64,000 nucleotides of DNA, taken from assembly GCF_964194025.1 (NCBI RefSeq), contig NC_134468.1, positions 57,908,001 through 57,972,000 on the forward strand. The letters are read 5' to 3'. The notes beneath the pieces are model-generated. The model was not told where the DNA came from, ran no database searches, and saw nothing but the letters and a program-made list of their open reading frames with translations. Below are positions 53,801-61,199 of this stretch, piece after piece; positions within the stretch are counted from its first letter, which is position 1; every line of letters begins with the position of its first letter. Source of the stretch: Convolutriloba macropyga (taxonomy: Eukaryota). A program made the position numbers and the translations under genes.

Positions 53801-56800
53801 TAATTACTTCTCTACGAGAGCAATTAATAAAAATCAATGGTTATACAAGTTCACAATTTAACAGTTTTTATAGGCAATTATCCCAATTGTGCACAGATGA
53901 AAATTTGTCATTATGGCAAACTTATGATAGCTGCGAAACGGATAAGACAAGTTCAAGTTTCAGAGTTACGATTTATTGACATAAAAAATAATCTATTTAA
54001 AACTTGATAGGGAAATACAAAAAACAGCACACCAAAAATGCTTCTGCTCGACGAAAAAAAAACTCAATAAGTTGATAAGTTCCCTATTCCTCTATCGTGG
54101 CTAAACATTTGACAATGTTAAAGCATTATTTTGATTTTTATTGATCTCCTCTCATTTGAGACAATACTCACGGGCCCAAAGGCCACAATTTTGCGGAAGC
54201 ATTGTACTGGTGCTCCACAAAGATATCTTCAGAATCTGTCATAATAACACATTCCACAAATCCACAACCACAACCCACAACGCCCACGAATAATTCTCAC
54301 TTACACAGCCATCGCCCACACTTGTCGATCCTTCTTTCTCCCTTTCTCTTGCCGATTAAGTTATGATACATGCAATACATGTAGAAAGGCAGATACCTGC
54401 TGCCGGCCCGCAGGCTAAACTTAATTACATGTCTAAATCCCAACCCAAAAAATCTTTAGAAAGCAGCACAACTTCAGGCTGCTGAGCTGGTGATTAAGTC
54501 TTCGATGGCTCCAGTATTTATAAACACATAATTCTAAGGGGTCGTACGCCAGGTTTGGGTTCTGTAAGGAGATGAACAGTTGAAAGAAGAAAACCAGGAA
54601 GTTTAACTAACCTTGTAGGATTCTCTAAATTTAGAAATTTCTTGACCTATCAGTTCTTTCTTCGTGTCATCCACGTCCAATTGTTCCAGATCCAGTTTGG
54701 GATTTTTGGCACTGTACTGGTACGGCTTCAGAACTCCATCCCTTTCCGATAACTCTTTATTCTCCTTTTCCCTTCCATCACCTTCTTCGTCATCAGATTC
54801 CTCATCTTTCCTCCTCCCTAGGAATTTAAAAATAAGCCAAAGAAAAGAACGAGAAACAACAAGCTTAAAACAAACGCAATCAAAATTTTCTGTTTAAGTG
54901 TTGATTTAGAAAAATTACATGCGCAATGAACAAACAATTTTTCTTGAGTTTGGAGCTATCGTCTGCAGGCGAAACTAGACGTTATTACATGATATCGAGT
55001 GTAAACCGACACTGACGATGTTGCCTGTTATATTGACATATTAAATTGGTTAAACAAGCCACCATTCTGAAATATCGGCTTTTGTGAGCTCAAGGGGTAA
55101 AAAACGTGGCAGAAAAGGGATCAATTCAGAAGTCAAAAGTGATCACTTCTTTTTACAATACTTCATATTGTAAAAGAAGACATTTCAAAAACAGAAGTAA
55201 AACCTAGACTAGACAAATTACGTTTGATTGGAACAGAGGCTTCCGTGACATCGGCTAGTTGTAGGGTTTGACTTCTTTGGAACCTAGCGGGAAACTTAGA
55301 TGACAATACGGTAATACGGTGCAAAAATGGAAGTCTTGGAGATATCTGCCCGAACAGGGTCTCAATGCAGTGCGTAACGGATAAAAATTATTAGCAGTGA
55401 AGGGATTGAAAGCCCATGTGCATTCACAGCGAGAACACAGCCTACCACCAGCTGTACAAAACAAGACCAAAGAAAAGAAGCGCCGTCATCGTCCAGAAGA
55501 AATCTACAACCGGCGCAGCCCAGTGAGGTCTCAATGAGGCAAACTGAAGAAAAATGTACATTGGGTATGGGGTATGTGCGTGGAGCTGGAAACTGGAACC
55601 GAGGAATAAATGAACGACGAGGAAACCCCAACAAGACATGTGACAACTACATTTCAAGTGCAAGGGGGTCTCGTCACAATCTACCCTTACCAAATGCAGG
55701 CTATTAGAGACTTGAATGTCGATGCACATAACAACTGCAGGACAAAAAACAACTAAGGGACGGTTTAATATGTGCAAACTTTATCAGGGATGAAAGATGA
55801 GGCAAAATAGTTGAAATATTTATTTTAAGTGCATAGATTAAGCTCTGAAAATAATTCAAGATTCGATCATCTTTCAAGACGATATATTGACAAAACAACA
55901 AACATTGTTCGCAACACTCCACGGAACTGGTAATGAACATTGTAGCCAAAGAAAGAAAATAGCTGGCAGATTGCCATAGCTTCGTATACCTGCAATTTCA
56001 AAATATAAACATAGCTGGCAGATTGAGAAAAATTAGCCGCAATAGCTTCGTAGATCTGCAATCTCAAAGAGATAGTAAAAGAAAGACAAAAATATACTTT
56101 TCACTAAATGGTGAGATGTTCCAATTTGATTATGAATCTGTATAACTTAATGCAGCTTCTATTAGCTGCTCTTAAATAAACTTCAATTAGAGTGACATAC
56201 ACTCACTTGACCTTATCTCTTTGAATTAAATTTAAAAAAGTCAATTTCAGAGTGAGGAAGTCATTTTTGAGATTGAGGTAAGTTACGCGTGACCAAAAAT
56301 TTAATCACGCGAATGAACAAACATAGCTGGCAGATTGCCAGAAAATAGCCGCAATAGATTCGTAGATCGGCAGTCTAAAAAAACAGTAAACAAAGACAGA
56401 CCAAAAAAATTCATCTTTTCATTGAAGGCTGATCTGTTATATTTTGATTAAAAATCTGTATAAATTATTGCTGCCTCTATTAGTTGATCTCAAATAACAT
56501 TCATTTAGAGTGACACACGGCCATTTGACCTTATCTCTTTGAATTAAAGTAAATAAAAATCAATTTCAAATTGAGGAAGTCGTTTTTGAGAGTGAGGTAA
56601 GTCAAGTGTGACCAAAAATTTAATCACGCGCATGAACAAAAAAACTCGCTCCACTAAGAGCAAAAAATGACGTCACACATGCAATTCAGTTGAAATTGCA
56701 TGAACGAATGAATAAAAAGTGGCTGTGACGTCATATGGTCGTAACAAAAATCATGACGACGAAATAAAAAAAAACCAAGAGAAGGCCAATAATAGCCCCA

Positions 56801-59532
56801 GCTATCGCTGTGCGGCTATTAAAAAAACTCGCTCCAATAAGAGTGGAAAATGACGTCACGCACGCAATTCAGTTGAAATTGCATGAACGAATGAACAAAA
56901 AATGGCTGTGACGTCATATGGTCGTAATAAAAATCTTGACGACAAAAAAACCAAGAGAAGGCCAATAATAGCCCCAGCTATCGCTGTGCGGCTATTAAAA
57001 AAACTCGCTCCAATAAGAGTGGAAAATGACGTCACACATGCAATTCAGTTGAAATTGCATGAACGAATGAATAAAAAGTGGCTGTGACGTCATATGGTCT
57101 TAACAAAAATCATGACGACGAAATAAAAAAAAACCAAGAGAAGGCCAATAATAGCCCCAGCTATCGCTGTGCGGCTATTAAAAAAACTCGCTCCAATAAG
57201 AGTGGAAAATGACGTCACGCACGCAATTCAGTTGAAATTGCATGAACGAATGAACAAAAAATGGCTGTGACGTCATATGGTCGTAATAAAAATCTTGACG
57301 ACAAAAAAACCAAGAGAAGGCCAATAATAGTCGCAGCTATCACTGTGCGGCTATTAAAAAGACCGAAGAAGAGAAATTTTAGTTTATCTTATAAATTGCT
57401 GAGATTGAAACTTTTGATTTAGAAGAAACTGTATAAATTATGTGTTGGCTCCATTAGCTATCCTCAAATTAGACGGGAAGAACTAGAAAAAAAATCAAAA
57501 ACAGATTTTTAAAAAACTGAAAGTTGAAATAATTTAACAATTTTTTGTTGATATAAACAACTTATTATTAATTCTAATCAAATCAAAAGATCAAGAGAAT
57601 AAATCCCCTATAATCAATAGCTGCGACCGAAAAATCCTGGAACACTGGAAACTTGACGAACATAAAAATGTTAAAAGTATATCGTTTCGTTACTATGTCT
57701 AAAACAGTACTATAACAAAAAAAGCTTAACATTGAATCTCGAAGTCTCCAAAATAGTTAAAAAAAACACTCCCAACCGTACAATTACTTGTTAATATACC
57801 TGCGAATAACTATTTGGGCTGACGAACATCAAATTGAAACTAAAAACCTTCTTTGAAATGCCTCATGTGAACATGTAAAAATACTAAATGGCTAATAAAA
57901 TAAGCTAGAGCTGAAATCAGCTCAAAATCTCCCTATTTTTCAAATCCTTAATTTTACCTAAAACTGCAGGCCGTTGACAAAGCTGACGTTTTCCTCAAAT
58001 TTTTTGTTACCAAATAAAACTGACGTCTAACCAATTAGTCCATAACTCGAAAATCCAACAGCTATCAAAAGATACTTAATATTATCAATGTACCTCATTG
58101 AATCCTTCATAGCAAACAGCATAAGTTCAAAAAACTGTTTGCGAGCCGCACGTCAAGAAAAACTTCGCCCACAAAGAAATCTTCGCTACTAAATTTCTTG
58201 CTTTCTCTCAAAAAAGCAAACAGTATAAACCAAAAGCACCCTCTTTTTGATTCAGTCTTCAAATCTTTTCAGCGGTTAAACTAATCTTTTTTTCATGGTT
58301 TTGATTTCCTGCTTCAAAGTTGAAAAAACAGCAGAAGAACTTTGGAAACGACTCAAAGTCGTCTTCATCAAAGAAAAACCCAGCCTTTCAAATACTTTGC
58401 ATCTACTGGTAGATCACATCAATGCAGAGAAAAAATCAATCCCAAACAACAATAAAAGAAAATTTAGCCAGAATTAAATTAACCTATAAAAGTAGAAAAT
58501 TCAATATTTAAAGCGTTACAATAGCAATTACAGTAATCAGGACTCTAAAAGTGCTGACACAACATTAGGAACACCATTATAGGCTCAGAAAGATCTCAAA
58601 TTTTGGAAAAAAAACTAAGGAAATGGAAAAATATCAAATTTCTGTTTGCAATAAATGCAACAAAACAAATACATCTTCACAAATCGCCCGGAAAAAACTA
58701 ATAAAACAAATAACAAATTCAAATTTAAAAAGTCATATGCAAAAGGTCACTCATTGCATGCTTAGCTTTAAAAAAATTTTCACACCTTTACTTCCCGCTT
58801 AACAGAAAATTGGAAAATATTCACTCTCTCATTTAGTATTCGGCACTGATAGCTGGCAAATACATGAACAAAGTCATGGACCTGCTATTAGATAAAAACA
58901 AGAGATGAGACAACAGAAATAACAAACATCTAGCATGGGTAAAAGACAAATTTTAACTGATAATTTTTGAGAACTGAACAGTCATAAAAAACTGTTAGCT
59001 GCCCATTGAAAGTTCAGAAAATGCAACTAAAAACCACTAGAATACAATCACTATATTTAATGATATTCGTAAAAAATCAGCCATGAAAACATGAAAACAG
59101 AAGTCACTTTGCCGCACGTGACAAAAAATTCTAAAACCGAAAATTTGCTCGAACCCCAATTTCTCTTCTTTGTTCCCTCGTTCTCTCATTGACGTGAAAA
59201 AGTCGAAAAATATGTGTGCAAAAAAACTAGCGGTCCAATACAACTCTGGATTTAAAAAGACAGAGCAGTAATCAATACGCTGTTCTAGGTCATTTTAATT
59301 TTTAAAAAATGAAAAATGAAAGCCAGAACAAGTTTTAACAGGAGAATTTATCCTTGATCATTTTTAATACTAATCATTAAAACTGAATAGAAAAAGTTTA
59401 AGAAAATGTTTGAATGAAGTGAAATGTAATCTTACTGCTCATCCTCATTTTTGCGTTCTTCAAGATGGCGACGAGAGCCTGTTTCACAAATCTGTCTTGA
59501 TCGTCCTCCTCTTCCGCTTCATCTTGAGCAGT
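32729..59532 (-). CDS. RBM25: RNA-binding protein 25 (PWI-domain splicing factor), 5'-partial: 13 coding exons, 781 aa
   Basis: Exons 59532-59436, 54817-54612, 48939-48761, 47418-47206, 47013-46824, 46647-46574, 40424-40081, 39758-39544, 35459-35339, 34956-34610, 34321-34208, 33462-33316, 32827-32729 splice in phase with GT-AG (2346 nt). Hallmarks: EISKFRE, RE/RS-rich tract, KEAAYQERLKSWETRE, RLKEFLEEYEDQRDDPRFY, PWI domain KRIKPWVNKKIKEYIGDEEPTLVEFIC...VLDDEAKVFVVKLWRLLIYE. Confidence 0.95.
33316..33462 (-). CDS. RBM25: RBM25 exon (PWI core)
   Basis: LLMEKRIKPWVNKKIKEYIGDEEPTLVEFICGKV...DVQM; 147 nt, phase 0/0. Confidence 0.93.
33785..34030 (+). mobile_element. Family 2 element, truncated, opposite orientation
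   Basis: Reverse complement of ~32195-32452 (TAATTGCTCTCGAA...TTTTGCGTGATCTAAATTTCTCTC). Confidence 0.65.
34208..34321 (-). CDS. RBM25: RBM25 exon (pre-PWI)
   Basis: PVMTAEEKQQKVKELISKIPTDRTELFNYSVEWDKVDK; donor GTAAGG. Confidence 0.9.
34610..34956 (-). CDS. RBM25: RBM25 exon
   Basis: MNGDGD...KKKLQAASVFGEDDDEADDAPKKKKLIPVD...SK; phase 1/0. Confidence 0.85.
35339..35459 (-). CDS. RBM25: RBM25 exon (not in the ORF track)
   Basis: TTTTAG|NAHADNSESNGSHQHVFEKKMTIEFGKK...DKL|GTTAGT; 121 nt, needed to bridge phase 0 to phase 1. Confidence 0.8.
36600..38926 (+). mobile_element. Internally deleted CR1/L2-type LINE in an RBM25 intron, antisense to the host gene; 5' boundary approximate
   Basis: ORF1 36852-37500 (Cys-rich N-terminus, KKLNLVVKG, RIG, ISPGLTRAER); endonuclease start LLLNVQSI and ETWL; RT YLDFCKAFDSVDH, GVPQGSVLGPILF, FADD; C-terminal CTWYLKCRCNFC; (CTA)n tail at 38913-38925; GCTGGTAGCA-type repeats in the 5' UTR. 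Confidence 0.88.
39544..39758 (-). CDS. RBM25: RBM25 exon
   Basis: GAHGPDGMPEMDGDSY...AHNGW|GTAAGT; phase 1/0. Confidence 0.85.
40081..40424 (-). CDS. RBM25: RBM25 exon
   Basis: SNALNRRLRDREKEKEIDEKDRLKEKDELDEI...MSDMT; phase 2/1. Confidence 0.9.
40680..41363 (-). mobile_element. Helentron/DINE-like element, family 1 (degenerate ends, G-rich interior, ~21-bp AAACAGAAGTC repeats)
   Basis: Ends GGAAAACTGCCAAAAAAACAGCCGCCG and AATAGCCTTTGAGAGGCTGACGGCGGCCATTA resemble the family-1 consensus. Confidence 0.5.
41383..42445 (-). mobile_element. Family 1 element carrying a nested family 3 element (41853-42396)
   Basis: Host aligns with the uninterrupted copy at 63099-63605; ends CCGGCAGATTGCCGG and TAATAGCC...GGCGGCTATTA. 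Confidence 0.7.
43800..44346 (-). mobile_element. Family 1 element, uninterrupted (~547 bp)
   Basis: ACATAGCCGGCAGATTGCCGGAAAATAGCCGC ... TAATAGCCGCTATCGCTTCGCGGCTATTA, flanked by A-runs; nearly identical to the host at 47571. Confidence 0.75.
44500..46422 (-). mobile_element. Cluster of nested family 1 elements (44500-, 44822-45336, ending 46422) with a family 3 insert at 46001-46370
   Basis: Family-1 end motifs at 44500, 44822, 45302-45336 and 46390-46422; interior homologous to 56009-56820. Confidence 0.6.
46574..46647 (-). CDS. RBM25: RBM25 exon (not in the ORF track)
   Basis: TTTAG|IKEAKRLKEFLEEYEDQRDDPRFY|GTGAGT, a conserved RBM25 motif. Confidence 0.9.
46824..47013 (-). CDS. RBM25: RBM25 exon
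   Basis: SGGGGASHEEEEERREQEKLEKQLREKEAAYQERLKSWETRE...KEQ; phase 2/0. Confidence 0.92.
47206..47418 (-). CDS. RBM25: RBM25 exon (RE/RS-rich)
   Basis: SRERSSKRSSPSRRRR...RERERER...RSRSRSR; phase 2/2. Confidence 0.9.
47571..48662 (-). mobile_element. Family 1 element carrying a nested family 3 element (48057-48613)
   Basis: 47571-48056 plus 48614-48662 reconstitute 43800-44346. Confidence 0.78.
48761..48939 (-). CDS. RBM25: RBM25 exon
   Basis: DDNGPDKEEIEKEVKKRMKEKKK...HKK; phase 0/2. Confidence 0.85.
49644..50080. mobile_element. MITE (437 bp) with poly-C/poly-G-containing TIRs and an 8-bp TSD
   Basis: GAATCTTTTCTGCTAGCG(C)n ... (G)nCGCTAGCAGAAAAGATCC; AAAACTTT duplicated at 49636-49643 and 50081-50088. 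Confidence 0.85.
51400..53345 (-). mobile_element. Decayed Mutator-like (MULE/Phantom-type) DNA transposon
   Basis: Minus-strand remnants PEKIVLDFEKAAINIFSEQYP followed, after a frameshift, by IKGCYFHF (52385-52490), plus upstream RMMIFG; ~15-bp TTGGGTATTTTGGCA-like subterminal repeats at 53210-53345 with an inverted trace near 51410-51445. Confidence 0.7.
53431..53826 (-). mobile_element. Helentron/DINE-like element, family 2 (~396 bp)
   Basis: ACATAACC end, then AATTGCTCTCG (53455) inverted with CGAGAGCAATT (53815); two homologous copies at 31581 and 33785. Confidence 0.65.
54612..54817 (-). CDS. RBM25: RBM25 exon
   Basis: RRKDEESDDEEG...LDVDDTKKELIGQEISKFRESYK|GTTAGT; phase 1/0. Confidence 0.88.
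55957..57356 (-). mobile_element. Compound family 1 element with multimerised ends
   Basis: ATAGCTGGCAGATTG end at 55957, 56009 and 56321 (two ~312-bp tandem units); the other end is repeated four times in ~180-bp units. Confidence 0.7.
56640..57356. repeat. Tandem repeat, 4 x ~176-183 bp, arranged as an ABAB dimer
   Basis: Each unit runs AAAACTCGCTCC...AATAATAGCCCCAGCTATCGCTGTGCGGCTATTA; units 1/3 and 2/4 share diagnostic variants. Confidence 0.92.
59436..59532 (-). CDS. RBM25: RBM25 exon (most 5' exon found in the window)
   Basis: TTTCAG|TAQDEAEEEDDQDRFVKQALVAILKNAKMRMS|GTAAG; phase 0/1 fits the next exon. Confidence 0.78.
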
Positions 59533-61199
59533 CTGAAACAACATTCAAACAAAAAAATTTACATCTTCGCAGATTAACAATAGTAACATCGGTACATCAT
59601 TTGGTCAATTGTTGCGCTGACCATAACTAATAACAGAATCTAAAATCTGAGGGAAAACACTGAGGGTGGTATATATGAAACTAGTTTCTTGTCAATAAAG
59701 ATGAACTGGAAATTAAATTTTGATAATTGCCCCGCCGTGCCAACACGGAGTGTAATACTATTTGAAGAGAGTCTCAAAATTACGGTTTTTGCAGTGTTTA
59801 GGGCGGGAAGGATAACAAAGCCACAACTATTTCGATAGTCACCGTTTTTTTTTGCGAAAATGAAGAAAATTTGGAACATATAGCAAAACTTTAATTTATT
59901 GACTTTGAACTTTTTCATTACAGAAACAAGGATGCCAAGGAAGAGTCGGCGAAACATTTCCGATCGCTAAGTTTTTTCAAATACTTTAAAATATTTTTAA
60001 AAGCTTGTCTAAAAATGCTTGGACATTTTAAAAATGTTTGTCTATATTAGGAAACTAAACCCGATTGAATTACAAATACTCTGGTTGTTAAGTTAACGAG
60101 AATCGATAATTAATACAGAAATAAAAAAAAAATAAGGACAGAGCACAGACATCTTTCCGGACCCAAAAGACAAGCATGAGCCAAACAGAGCAGAGAAACT
60201 CATCCAAACCCAGAAAATCAATGTAAAATAACAGAACGTGCTCAATTTTTTTTGAAAGATTTGTAACTATAACATTCTAAAAATTTATCTGGGTTATCAA
60301 GAAGTTATTCACCAACCCAAAATTCAGCCTGAAAACTTTTTGTTTGGTCACTAAAAGTAAATAAAACCTTAAAAAAGTAAACTGCCAATACTTGGAAAAC
60401 TGCCAATACTTGAAAACTTGGAAAAGCAATTAGATCTCTGAGCCGAGGATGCTTACCATGATGCTGGGCGATTACCGAAGGACTCCCTGAATTGTACTTT
60501 AACTCTGTGCCAACCAAATTTTCCTATGAAGACAAAATGTTGAACCAATCAGTTTGTTCAACCCAATACATTGAAACATTGCGTCTCGGTTTGCTTTGTT
60601 GAAAGGAATTTCCATGATAGAAATAGTCTTCTAATTACTTTGTTCATATCTTTCTTGCACTCCGGTTGTACAAAATTCAGCAATAACTTTCGCTTTCTCG
60701 GAAAAACCTGATGTTTAAATCTATTGCGGGAGGAATATAAAAATTTTTATCATAGATACTGGCGCCAGGATTTATAGGAATCCTGAAATGAAGTAGAGGG
60801 ACGCAGACCGCAATACAAAAATCGAACTATTTTTTTAAATGGGAAGCCAGCTGGTTGGTTACACCAGCAGCAATTTCGATTGAATTGGAACCCTAAAATG
60901 TGAGAAATATCCAGTCAATTTTTTCGAAGACAAATTTTTAAGATTTGCTTGAACAGGAAACTTAACGGCGAGTTGACAAAATTTGGAGTCATGTGTTTGC
61001 AGAATAGAAACAAAGTGGTGGTAAAAGAAGTTGTCCTGGTTTTCCGGCATCCTAAGTTTCCCGTTGCAGCGGTTACATATAAATTTTTTAAATATTTCTG
61101 AACTAAAACCGACTGTTTTTAAAACAAACTGCTGGAAATTTTTTAAAGAAGTTTTTCGAAAACTTTCTATGAGCCAGAATTAATGGAGTTTATCTAATT

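Noticed and set aside
40164-54897. Plus-strand S/F/L-rich ORFs (40164, 46728, 47216, 48674, 54664)
   Set aside because: Antisense shadows of the E/K/R-rich RBM25 exons.
55320-55950. GC-richer stretch with HWVWGMC, reminiscent of Merlin/IS1595 WVFG
   Set aside because: No downstream catalytic motifs found and stops in all + frames examined.
56640-57356. CRISPR-like or attC-like array of recurring hairpins
   Set aside because: Whole units repeat with no unique spacers or cassettes, there are no cas or integrase genes, and the context is a eukaryotic intron.
58295-58477. Short ORF with LHLLVDH resembling a transposase motif
   Set aside because: A single weak motif with no supporting context.
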